From positions 3,720,001 to 3,784,000 of the forward strand of contig JAYWIR010000002.1 of the NCBI GenBank assembly GCA_036172245.1: DNA of 64,000 bases, given 5' to 3'. The position numbers and the translations under genes are program-made. Below the pieces are notes generated by a model, which did no database searches, had not been told where the DNA came from, and worked only from the letters and a program-made list of their open reading frames with translations. The DNA is from Raillietiella orientalis (Eukaryota). Within the stretch, counting starts at the first letter, position 1; each line of letters starts with the position of its first letter. This document shows positions 47,601-59,600 of this stretch, piece by piece.

Positions 47601-50600
47601 ACGAGATGCGGAATATTCTGCCCCCCCCCCTGTCCCTCCTTCCGGTCCCTGAGGGGTTTAGCAGAGGAACGGAGGCAGCCGCGATCCCGAGAGGACCGTT
47701 TCCTCCATCTCGGTCCGGAGCTATTCCGGCTCCGCCTTCTCCGCCCTCTCCTTCCTGGGGCTTCAACCCGCAGAGTCGCATCTCCCCCGTGGTCCTTCAG
47801 TCTGCAGCATCCCCCAATGTGCGATCTTCATCTTTCCCAAAACTGCAAGCCAATCCCAGTCCTCGCCCTTTTCGTGTCCCTCGGGGACGCGCTCCTAAAC
47901 CGAGAGGAACCCTGCGGAACCCGCAGTGGTCGGACGCCGGCCGTTAAGCGCGTGCATCCCTGCTCGCCTGCAGCCCTGAAAATCCCCATTCAGGGCGCAG
48001 CCGACCCTCTGCACTTTCCCCTCCCTAAGATACTCTTGTAGTTGCCAGGCTAAATCATGATCGGCCAATGTAAGTCGCAAAAAAAAATTGGGTTTAATGA
48101 TGATCAGTCGATACAGCTTTGTTATTCAATACGCATCAACTGAATGCTTGCGATTGAATGCTTACATGATCCTTTGTGCGTGTACAAATTCAACACCGTG
48201 AAAAAGACGATACAAAAGAAAAAACGGACTCTCGCCATAACTTTTTATCCTCAGTTTGATTCAATTCAGGGAAAAATGGCGCAAAGTTGAATTCCGCCGC
48301 GAATGCTTGCGTCCATTTTGGAACGACTCGCCCTGCGCCGACGGGTCGATTGTTGCCCTTCCGCCCTCGCTCGCGGGCGCATCGGAGCGCGCATGGTCAC
48401 GCTTTTCCCTTTTCGTTTTCGCCTTCTGCCGTGTCCTGGACAGGCGGGAAGGATTATCAGTTGTCTCCCGAAGAGTCCCTTTCCTAATGCCTCGTGCCCA
48501 TTACCCCTTTCGCAACCCCCATCTCAGCGTTTTGGCTCCACCATCGAAGGCGATTTCTCCCAGGGGGCTGCTGTACCGGAGAGGCTCCCCTCCCAAAAGT
48601 GGGTCCCGCCTGCCTTGCCCCGGGTTTTCGCTTTCAACCGCGGGAAGTGCGCGGACGTGGTCGGAGGCAAGGAAACCGGAACTGCTGCCGATCCACTCCT
48701 ATCTGCCTCGCTCGCAAACCCCAGCGGCCTCGTTGCCATGGAATTCGCAACGTTTCGTCGGATGGCACTAGCAGGAACGGGAAGCGTTCGAGCTTTTCCT
48801 GCGCCCGACGGGAGGAACAGAGGAACAGGAAGTCGCCTTCGTCTGCTCCGAGCTCGCTGCTGTACCAAGTGCGCCCGTGAGCACCCTCGCGCGAACCTCC
48901 CCGTGGAGGGAAACCGCTCGGACTCCGAACGCGGAGCCGTTTAAAGAGATTCCTCCAGCCTCTCGATCAATGGGCCGATGAACTGTACGCAGAGACAGGG
49001 CATAATCCCTGAACGGGCATTTTCAAACGCCCGTCATTCAAAGCGCGACGCAGTGCACTTAGTGTACTCGGGCCGTGGGCGGTCGTAACGATCACGTTTT
49101 ACTGCTTGCATCTCATCGCATTTCACTCCGCTCTTGCCGGGGATGCACGCGTCTCGGGAGAAACCGAATGGTCTGCCATGCTCAGCACGTCGCATCCCGT
49201 TGTTTACACGAACCGAGTCGATGTAAACAAGGCTCTGAAACTTTCACGTCCCGCAGTTAGAATGACGCGCTGCACGAGCGGAAAAGAGAGAGAAAAAGTG
49301 GTACGCACTCGAGGGTACAGAGATGCGCTTGCGTGCGAATGAGGTTTTCCGTTGCATCTTAATAGGGTACGACCTCGTCTCGCGAAGGAGGACAGGGGTC
49401 TTGCACGGCAAGCGGAGGGGTGCGGAGTTTTCCGAGTGAGCGAAGCGCAAAATGGCCACAACATTGGAGCCGGGGAGACGGTCTCGATCGGTCTGCGTTG
49501 CGGATGTCGCTATGGAAACCGGTCAGCCCTCGAACCGGAAGGCCGGCGGGCACGCACTTCTTCTTTCGGCTCCGGAGGTCACTCGGGAGGGAGCAGCGGC
49601 CTCCCGGAAACCTTCCCCCGTTGCTCGGAGGAGTCTGCCACGGGAACGCGTCCAGAACCGTCTGCCTGCGTTCGAAAGCAGCAGACGCTCGGCGACGTGG
49701 GAGGAATGGTGCGTGGGGCGTTCCCACGAGCGCGCCATCGACCCGGCGCGATGCGTGGGCACAGGGGTGACAGCGGAGAGAAGGCGAGCGAAGCATAAAG
49801 GGAAAGAAAGGGATTGCGGCACACCCCAGCCGGTGAGGAAAGGCCGTGCGCTCTTCTTTTCCCACCTTTCGTCCTGGCGGTGCGACGAGCGGTCCGCGCG
49901 CGCGCTGCTCCCGCTACGCGCTTTCGGATGATCCACGTGGGCCGACTGCCGCTCTCCCTGTTTCCCTGGCGGTCCGGGCAGAGTGCCAGCGGAGCGGACG
50001 TCGGGAGCGCGTCTCGCACACGCAACCGCGCGCGAAAGGGAGGAGGAGGAGGGGGGGGGGCGAATTTCTTCCAGGGAGCTCTCCCTGCTGGAAGGAAAAA
50101 AGGAGAGCACACGGCAGGAGGGAAATCTTGAGGAGGTGGCGGCACCATCTCCGCAACCGGAGATGGCGCCTCTCACACGCTGGAGCTCCGTAGGAGCTGC
50201 GTTCCTGCCTTTCCCACTCCCCAAGAGATCGCGTCTGCGGAAGAGACGCAAAGAGGAAGAGACGCGCACGCGCCACACCTCCTTGGCAGAAAGCGAAGGA
50301 TCCTCGTTTCCCTTGGAAACGAGTATCCCGCACGCACACCATTTTTAGCATGGGGAGCGGGAGTCCCTGCCTCCGCCGCCGCCGCATGCTGCTGCTCTCC
50401 TCTGGCGCAGCCGGCTAAGCCTTCGTCCCCCCCCCCCCCTTCCCCACCGTTCGAAGCTTCCCGAGACTCCTCGAGAGAACGCCCTCCGGGAGAGGTCCGA
50501 AGCCACCCTGGAGAGCATCGCGGGGGCGGCGCTCCAGCGCATTTCTGAAGTGCCTGCGAGCCTTTCCCCGCTCCACTCCTGGGTGCTCCCGGGTTTTAGC

Positions 50601-51849
50601 TGCTCCCGGGTTGCCGCCGTCTCTCCCATCTCCCATCTCCCTCTCCTGGAAGCGTGCGGTTCACGGCGCGACTCCTCCTCCCTAAGGAACCAGCGGTTCC
50701 TCCGGCGAGGAGGCGACGACGGCCACTGCCGCTCTGCTCCCGGAGGCACCCGCTTGCCAGTTGCCCTGGCTACGTGCGGCCGTCACGCGCCGCCGCGTGC
50801 AGAAGGAAGGCGGGAAGACTACGCACTCTTCGTGAGCGGCGCTCAAGCTGGAAGTCCGCTACCTGCTCTCTCCATGGGGAGCGGGAAGGCCCACAAATAC
50901 CGGGTCACGTTGCACCGGGGAGAGTCCTCGCAACACGGGGAGGGAGAGGTCTCGAGTAGGTCCTCCGTGCAAGCAGCCGAGCTCGCCTGCTATCGCCAGG
51001 CGAGCGCGCAGAGGCGATCATCAGCAGACGCAGGACTGCCTGGCAGCGTAGCCTGGCAACCGCGGTGGCATGTCGCGCGCGCAGAGTGTCCGAGAGGAAT
51101 TGGGCAAGCGTTTCCCGCAGCCGTCGAGCTCGCTCAAAGATACGGTAAACAGAAAAATCACAGCGTCGAGGAACCCGTGTTGATCAATTTGGGAGGAGCA
51201 GCAGGAGAAGGAGGGAAAGAGGGAAGAGGAAGTGAGGACAGGAGGAGGAAGGGTAGGAAGAGGAGAGAAACGGGAAGGGGAGGGAAATGTTCGTTTCTCA
51301 CCTCTGGGATGGATCCTATCCGCGTGGGCTTTTCCAATCGATCCTGAAACTTACTCTTCCGAGATTTTCCATCCCGTTGGGTCTTTCCGTTGCTTGGGCT
51401 GGTTGGGTTAGTTGGGTTGGATTGGTTGGCGAAACAGGGCGTGGAAGACGGAAGAGGGAGCAAAGGGGAGCGCAGGAGCAACAGAGGCAGGGAGGAAGGG
51501 AGAGGGCGAAGAGATCTCCCGGGGATCGAGAAGGCCGAGAGACCCGGCGCGGACGGCACCGGCAACAGCGCATGCCCCGCTGCCGCCGCTCTGGGTTCGC
51601 CTTTGCGCCACCAGGCGGCCTCCGAGCGCGACCGCCTCTCCAGCCGTCGTTCCGGGATGGGACGGAGGTGTCCCGGAGACGGCACCGTCGCGCACCGCGG
51701 AGCCGCGTGCTTCCCTTCGAGCGTCCCTGGAAGGCTGCAGAGGACGCAACAAGAAGAGGAAGAAAGGGAAACAGAAAGACGAAGGCGTTGCTCCTTCAGG
51801 GCGTATGGGGATGGGGGGGGGGGGGGAGGGAGGAGGTTGGCTTTCGGGA

Positions 51850-54100
51850 AAGCCATCTTGCTAGCAAAAGGGGGAAAGAGCGCGGAGAACCAGGTGCGCG
51901 CGAAAAAGAGGTTCGCATCCACGGACCTCCCGGGGACAGCGTAGGACTGCTCCGGGCTTACCAAAGACTCTGCTACTCTCCTTAGGCGCGCAACCCACAG
52001 CTTCGAAAACCACTTCACGTGTGTGTTCACTAATGTGATCGGACGCCAGTTGTTAAGCAGGCTCAAATCCCCGACTCTCGACAGCGGACTCACCTTCTCT
52101 GAGCGGAAGGAGTCAGGGACATCGCCCATCTCCCTCATCAGCGACGAGAGGCTCTCACCGGCCACTCCATCGGCCTCTCCTTTTCTCCCCCCTCCAACCC
52201 TCCGCGGCCGCCTGCGCGCTCTTGGCGCTCCCTAAGAGACCTGCAACACGCTGGGGACTGCTCCTCCCCTTCCCCCTACAGGCGGACTGACCGCGCCCCC
52301 GGGACTCGCAGTCGGCCGAGGGGAGCGCGCGCGCCAGAACCGGGGAAACTGCCTGAGGACGCAGCGTCCGCAGCCCCTGGCCTAGGAAGACGCGGCTCCT
52401 CTTCGGCGGGATTATCATTGACCATGGAGTGAAGAGTCCCGGAAGATGGAGATGCGCTCTGGAGGTCACGGCGGGAAGGAGAGGAGGAGACGGCAGCGCC
52501 TCCCCGGCCTCGCCGTGCCGCGGCGAGGCCGGGGAGCGAAAGCGAAAGTTCGGCCGCGCATGCGCGCGCTCTCCGGAGGGAGACGCGCTCCCTCAGGGGA
52601 AGGGGGGGAGTTCCTTGCCGCGAGAAGAGGGAGGAAGAGGTCCGCTCCAGAAGGACGCGTGCAAGGAGGGCTCTCGCCATCCTCTGGAGCGCAGCGGGGG
52701 CACTACGCAGGACTGCTGCCTCCCGCAGCCGCTCCCCGAAGCGCGAGGAGTCCGTGGAGCAAGTGACGTCACGGCGCGCTCCGGGGGGTGCCTGCCAGCC
52801 GGACTCCGCTACCGGAAGGGGAGAAGGGAAGAAAGGCCTCCGTGGAGGGGCCGGCGCGGGGGTACGCCCCGGAATCGAGGGAGGGATAGCACGGGAGGGC
52901 TGTAGGGCTGTCCCCCTCCCGTCGAGACGGTTTCCTGCTCCATGGGGCACCAGGCTTGCGGACCCTCTTGCCTCCTCTCCCTCCCCCACTCCGAAAAAGG
53001 GGGGAACTCTCGCGCCCGTGAACCCGTCTGGGAAGCGGCTCCTGGGGGAAGGCCCCCTCCTCCTCCCACCGACCTCGTGGGGAGGCGCCCAGGACGACGA
53101 CCGCAGCCCGCACGAGGACGGGCAGTGAACCACCTTGGGGTTCGGGGGTCCACCTGGCGGCGCGCGCCCGAGTCGCCCCACCCTGCAGCGGGCAGCATCG
53201 GTCGCAGGGCACAGAGGAACACTTCGTCTGATCGGACGCTTCCAGCAAGGGGTTAAAGGGGGCTCCTCCGGGGGACGGGAGCGGAAACCACCTCCGAGGG
53301 CACTTCGGGTCGCTGGGAGGACCCTGTCGTCCCCCTCCAGCTGCAGAGGAGCGGAAGGTACTCCGTCCCGGCCGCTTCTCCCCCGAGGCCATTCTGGTTT
53401 CCCCGGCCCCACTAGGCAATCACAACAGCCGGGGGAGGGGCGTCTCTGGGGCCCATGAGCGACCCGCCTCTCTCTCGAGAATGGGCAGGGTCCCCCGTGC
53501 GGGGGAGGCAGCTTAGCGGCCGAGCGGCTTGGCTTCTTTGGGGGAGGGGCGTCCCCACGCGCCCTCTCCGGAAGGAGGGCTCTCGGAGAACAACCTGGGA
53601 TTCTCCCGGGGGAGAGGCGCCGCCGTCCTCTCTAGAGCAGCGCTTCCGGGGTGGTGGCGCAGGAGGGGAACCACCGTTCGGGCCGTTCCCACCTCATTGC
53701 TCCCGAAGGCGGCCTTGAGGACTCTAGCGGCCGTCCCGGTGAGTGCCGCGCGCTCCAGGAAGGCGCGTCTCCGGAATTCTCTGAGGGTTCTTCCCCCCAG
53801 GGCGAGGTTGAGGTCGCCTCGTCCGCTGGCTCGCGCCCGCGCTGGTGGCAACCCGGCGGTGGGCAACCCCGAGGAGGCAGAGCACGAGGGACGGAAGGGA
53901 CGGACATCTTCCGCTGAGCCCGTGGCCGCGCGAGCGAGAAGGGCGAGGGAGGGTTCGGCGAAGGAAAGGTAAACATGGCAACCCTGCCGCCTTTCAGGCG
54001 CTGGATGCGGGCGGGAATCCGGGGGAGAGGAGTTGGCAGCGCCTTCGGGAAGGCGCTTAAAGCACGGGCGGCGCTCGCGCCCGCCTCATTCGGAGCTGCG
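51850..54100 (-). mobile_element. L1/Tx1-like LINE endonuclease to N-terminal RT fragment
   Basis: Clear RT motif GDLSLLNNWRPITLVNTHVKWFSKLWVARLRRVAESLVSPEQSYAVPGRSVDANL (~51905-52075); GRGDLNLAL (GGDFN-like) at ~53810. Confidence 0.8.
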
Positions 54101-54730
54101 CCGGCTCTGGGTGCGCGTCGCGAGTGCCGCCTGCCGGGAGTGCCGCCGCGTGCTAAAAATAGCCTTCCCCCTCCCCCTTCCCTCCCTCCCTCCCTCCCTC
54201 CCGCGGAAGCGGCCTGAAGCGAGGGCGCCGCTGAGCGCGTGGCGGCTGCGTCCGACGCAGTCCTTTCCCGCTCCCCTCCCGCGGCGCTCAGTTCTCACCC
54301 ACGGACTTGATCCCCCAGCTGTGCTCCTCCCGGAAGCCCGAAGCGACCCAGTGCTGCCCGCGGTATCCCAGTGATCTTTCCCCGGGCCCCACGAGAGCGG
54401 GAAGCTTCCTCGGACGGGGGGAAGTCGGCGGCGTCGGTGGACATGCAATTGGGAGACCGGGAGCGGCGGACCTCCTGATCATCCGCGAGTGAGCCAGGAA
54501 CCGGGGAAAAGCAGGAGGAGAAGAAGCAGGAGGCGCGAGAAGGTACGGAAACGGCACTGGGAGCGCTCGCTCTCGTGCGTGCTTTTGGGCGGGAGGAGGG
54601 GGAAAGGGGACGCGCTAACAGAATTCCTCCCCCCCCACACGTACCTCTTCTCTCTATTCCCCTGGATGGGGACCGCCAGCTTCCCCCCCGCGCCCGGCTA
54701 ACCACTGCTAATCCCCAGAAACCTCCCGGG

Positions 54731-56508
54731 ATGCGCGCCGTCATCTTCGCATCCGCTTCCCTCGCGCTCGTGGGCGGGACGCGAGTCGGAGCCTCCAGCA
54801 GCCCCAATGCCTCCTGGAGCGCGGAGGAGGAGGAGGAGCAGCAGCAGAAGTGCGTGGACGGCCTCCTCATCCCGATGTGGAGGCCCATCGACAACCTCAG
54901 CCTGGGAGACCGCGTCGCCCGGGCGATCGTGTACATCCTGTGCATGGTGTACCTGTTTGTCGGCGTGTCCATCATCGCGGACCGCTTCATGGCGGCCATC
55001 GAGGTCATCACATCCAAGGAGAAGGAGGTGAAGGTCAAGAAGCCCAATGGCGGCGCGCAGATCATCGTCGTGCGGGTCTGGAACGAGACGGTGGCGAACC
55101 TCACGCTGATGGCGCTGGGCTCCTCGGCACCGGAGATCCTGCTCTCCATCATCGAGATCTACGCCAAGAACTTCGAGGCGGGCGACCTGGGCCCCAGCAC
55201 CATCGTCGGCAGCGCGGCCTTCAACCTCTTCGTCATCATCGGCTACTGTTGCTACGTCATCCCCGACGGCGAGACCCGCTACATCAAGCACCTGCGGGTG
55301 TACTTCGTCACGGCCACCTGGTCCATCTTCGCGTATGTCTGGCTGTACTTCATCCTGGCCGTGACCTCCTACGGGGTGGTGGAGATATGGGAAGCTGTGC
55401 TTACGTTCCTGTTCTTCCCGATCACCGTGGCGACCGCGTACATAGCCGACCGCAGGATCCTCTACTACAAGTACCTTTCCAAGACATACCGGCTCTCCAG
55501 CAAGGGGGTCATCATCGAGACGGAGAGCAAGGCCGTGCAAGACCTGGAGGCGGCGAGGGAGATCGCCGGTTCCCAGGAGGACTTGGGGAAGGGGGCGGCG
55601 GAACCCGATTTGGACGAGAACACCCTCTACTTCGAGCGCCAGAAGAGCCTCTACGCTCAGATCCTGAAGGAGCTGAGGAAGAGGCACCCGGAGAAGGATG
55701 TCGAGTCTCTGGAAGCCATGGCCAGGGAGGAGATCCTCGCCCGGGGGCCCAAGAGCCGCGCCTTCTATCGCATTCAGGCCACGCGGAAGCTCACGGGAGG
55801 AACCGACCTGTACAAGAAGGCGCGGGAGCAGACCTTCCACGACGCAGACGAAGGGAGGAGGGAGGGAGACCGGAAGGAGCCGCCGGAGGACGTGCAGAGG
55901 GTCTTTTTCGACCCGCCGCACTACACCGTCATGGAGAACGTGGGCGAGTTCGACGTGACCGTGAAGCGCCGCGGGGGCGACCTGGGCGCCCTCGTCGTCG
56001 TCGACTATGCCACGGAGGACGGGACCGCGAACGCGGGCTCGGACTACCTGGCGACCGAAGGCACCGTCACCTTCTACCCGGGAGAGACCTCCAAGTCGTT
56101 CTCCATCAAGGTCATCGACGACGACGTTTTCGAGGAGGACGAGCACTTCTACGTGCGCCTCAGCAACCTCCGCGTCTTCGACAAGGACGGCAGACCCGTG
56201 GAAAACATGAACGGGGACGCGGTGAAGCGCGGGCAGCCGCCCAAGAAAGACCACCAGTTCGTCCTGGACGACGCCCCCGTCGCCACGGTCATCATCCTGG
56301 ACGACGACCACCACGGCGTGTTCGTTGTCGCCGAGCCGGACGCGGAGATCGTAGAATCTGTCGGCGTGCACCAGGTCAAGGTGAAGAGGCTCTGTGGAGC
56401 CCGCGGGAGGGTGGTGGTGCCGTTCAAGACCGTCGAAGGAACCGCGAAGCCAGAAAAAGATTACGTGGAAAACTCGGGGGAACTCTTGTTCGAGAACAAC
56501 CAGATCGA
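54731..56508 (+). CDS. NCX: Sodium/calcium exchanger (SLC8/NCX, Calx-like), first coding exon
   Basis: Signal peptide MRAVIFASASLALVG; SIIADRFMAAIEVITS; alpha-1 repeat ANLTLMALGSSAPEILLS; XIP-like RRILYYKYLSKTYR; KSRAFYRIQATRKLTG; Calx-beta CBD1 DDDVFEEDEHF and ILDDDHHG; start of CBD2. Candidate acceptor CCCCAG ends at 54718; donor GA|GTGAGT at 56509. Confidence 0.98.
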
Positions 56509-56575
56509 GTGAGTACGACCTCTTTTTTCTTTCTTTCTTTCTTTTTTGTTTGTTTTTTGTTTTTTCCCCTTTGAT

Positions 56576-56602
56576 TCTCTCTCTCTCTCTCTCTCTCTCT
56601 CT
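56576..56602. repeat. (CT)n microsatellite in the NCX intron
   Basis: Read directly from the sequence. Confidence 0.9.
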
Positions 56603-59600
56603 ACCTTTCTTCGCCGCTCGCATCCTTCTCCCCCATCCCCCACCCCCAACTGTCGGGTCCTTCCCTCCATCCTTTCTCCAAACTGCTGCTGCTACACTTG
56701 CCTTCCGCTCCGAGATGGAGGCCATTTTCCAGCGAAGAGCGCTGTTGCTAAAGGCCCGAAATCGATTTCAAGTCTCCTTTACTCTTCCCGTAATCGACGC
56801 GCGAGTATGAAGCAATTACTTCAGTGAAACTCGCGTTTCCGATCCAGAAGGAATTTCCGCTCGATTAAAAGCTGCAAGAACTGCCAGCGCGGGATTGCCT
56901 AGGCTATTTTCACGTTCGCGTGACGCAACAATGGCTGCTGCTTGATCAATTCGGGCAGCGTCGCTGACAATCGGCCCGCTTCGTCTCGGGAAGAATTCGA
57001 AACGTGCGCTTCGGTGGTGTGCGCGGAAAAGAACACCGCCGTGAGTCTGCACGTCGGGAGCGAACGCGCCTTCTTTGGTTTTTGCTTTGCTCTCTTTTTC
57101 CGCACGCGTTTGAAAACGATCTCTCTCGTGTCCCCATTTTTTCCTTTTTCTTTCCCGACGGGAGGAGTCAGGAAATCACTCGTTCCTATTTACTTTTCTC
57201 CAGCCTCCGCTAAACGTTCCACTATTCTGGTGCAGTTGTCTGGTTTATAGGGATTTCGAATTCTCATAAATATTTACGAAATGTGAGCGATGCAGCAACG
57301 AAACGGCGTCTCGGACGGAACGTCTACGCCTCGAGAGGGGGGAGCGCGTGCGAGCGTGCAGATGCACGACATTTGCATGTGCACGTGCCCGTAATGGAGA
57401 CGACTTTGGGTTTCCGTTCGTTTCCTTCCATCGTGGGACACTTCCGCGACAGCAGCAGACAGTAGCAGCGGCGCGCGCCTCGGAGCGCGGAAAATCTCGC
57501 CTCGAAATCTCGCCCCCGGGTCGCGTAGCAGTCAACCAGCGCCCCCGCCCCCCGCTTCCACCCGCTGCCTTTGCGCGGCGACGCCTCACACCGATCTCGG
57601 GAGTCGGGTGCAGAAGTCGCTTCCGCAGAGATTCTTGCGGCAGCCCTGCTGCTTCCCGCGGATCGCACGCTGAAGGTGGAAGTCGTCCGCGAAGGAGCGG
57701 GCGCGCGCGTTTCCGCTCTCCCTCCGAGCAGCAGCCGTGCGGGTTCCCGACGGCGCGCTTCGTTCCGCCTGCCTTTTCGTGCCGCCGCATCACGTTCGGG
57801 GGAGTCGCCGACGGGAGGCGGAAGCCCTATGGAAGAAACCAGCCCGATTTGGGAGCGACCCTCTCGGGTTGCGTGGGGAGAACCCCCGAAGGTGGGCGAG
57901 CCAGTCAGCCAGCCTGCGAGCGCGACCCGGATTTGCCGCCCGGCGGACGGCTCTGGGACGGTTCGTTTTCCAGGAGCGGCTCGCGCTCCAGAGAAGGGAA
58001 CGCGGCCAACGTCGCGCGCACACTCGCCACTATCAGGAGACTCCGCGCTTCTGTTCCTTCGAAGGTTTCTTGCGGACGGGCGTTTGCCGCTAAGCCGGGG
58101 GTGGGGGGAGAGCCGACGAACTTGCTGGTAGCCCTCTGGCGGCGGCGGAGTCGAATCGAGGGGATTGAGGGAGGGGAATCGCAAGGCGAAGGAAGCTGTG
58201 CGCCAGAGGGTCTTCGTCTACGGGTCGACGAACAACCTTCCTCTACCCGTCCCGCTATGCAGAGTTAGGCAAGGCTGGGGCGACCCGCGGCCGCTCGGGG
58301 TTTCCCTGGCAGCAACGCGGAGGTACTCGTCGCCCCTTCTTCGCCGTGCGCTCCCCTCTTCCGCGGAGCTTTTCGGGCAGCTGAGGAAGCGCCCTCTGCA
58401 GCCGCGCGTGATGGTGCGCTTTGCCCGCGGCGCGCGTCAACGCGCGTCTCCTGGTTCGCTCGTCGAGCGCCTCCTCGGCGACCGGTGGCTCGGGTCACGG
58501 CGAGCCACCAGGAGAGGTCCAGGGAAAAGGGTGCCCTCCTGCTGCCGGGTGCGGTTGAGAGGACTGAGGGTAGCCGACTCGCGCTCGTGCGCCGCAGCGA
58601 TTGCCACTTGGCAACGGGCTGACCGGGCGTTTGTTCGGCACCGTGACAACGTCGCCGCCGCTTCCGTACGGGAATCGGCACGGGGAACGAAAAGGAGGGG
58701 CAAAAGGAGAGAAAGGGAGGGAGGAATCCCTCTCCCCTTGAGGGGTGTGTGTGCTCCTCCCTCCGCGTGTGGCCGAGTCCCTCCTGCCGAAAGGACTCGG
58801 CCCCACGCAGAGGGAGGCGGGACGAGTGGGGTCTGCCCGACGAGCGGTCGCTGGGTCCCGGGGGAGACCTGGAGCGGCGGGAACGCACGACGAGAAGACC
58901 CAAGGACGAGGAGGGGCGCCAAGGTCGCCGCGCTCTCTGGCCCTCAGCTCCTGTGCGATGGATCTCTCCATGACTCGGGGCGAACGAGCTCGAAGAGGAG
59001 GCCACCCTGCAGCGCCCCGTGGCGCCGTCGTTGGGTCCCGCGTCGGAAGGCGGGGAGGGGGGAGGGGAGAAGGAAAAGGAAGACTTGATTGCGCGAGCGG
59101 GGCGCCCGCACGGCGTGGGCAGTCGGTCCCGTGGGAGGAGGGGGAGGGGACACCGTGCTGGACCGGCAGCAGACGCTGCATCCTCCCCCCCTTCTCTCTC
59201 TCTCTCTCTGCGCTTCCGGGATGCTTGGCCTCCCGTGCTACTTTGGGAACCAAAACGGCGGCGACGGAAGGACGGCTGCCACACGCGCATGCGCGTCGCC
59301 TCCCCGACGCGCGGCTCCTGCAGCTGTCACCCCCGTAAATCAGCCGCTGTCTCTTGCGTCTCCCTCTCCCCTCCCGCCCCATTCGCATCCCATTCTGGGA
59401 AGAAGGGGTGGCTGCCGCGCGCGTCTAGGCGGCCGGGACCCGGGAAGAAGCGATGGGTCCAGCCGCTCCCTCCTCCCTCCCTCCTCCTTCCCGGGTCAAA
59501 GAGAAAGTTGCCTCTCCTCATCCTGCCAGCGGGAACAGCGCGGAAAGGGCGTCGGCGGCACGCGCGCAGGGAGCGGCGGGAGATTCCGGGTCGTGAGCGA

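Noticed and set aside
54698-56725. 675-aa antisense ORF and 574-aa shifted-frame ORF overlapping NCX
   Set aside because: Expected shadow ORFs from the strong GC3 codon bias of the NCX exon.
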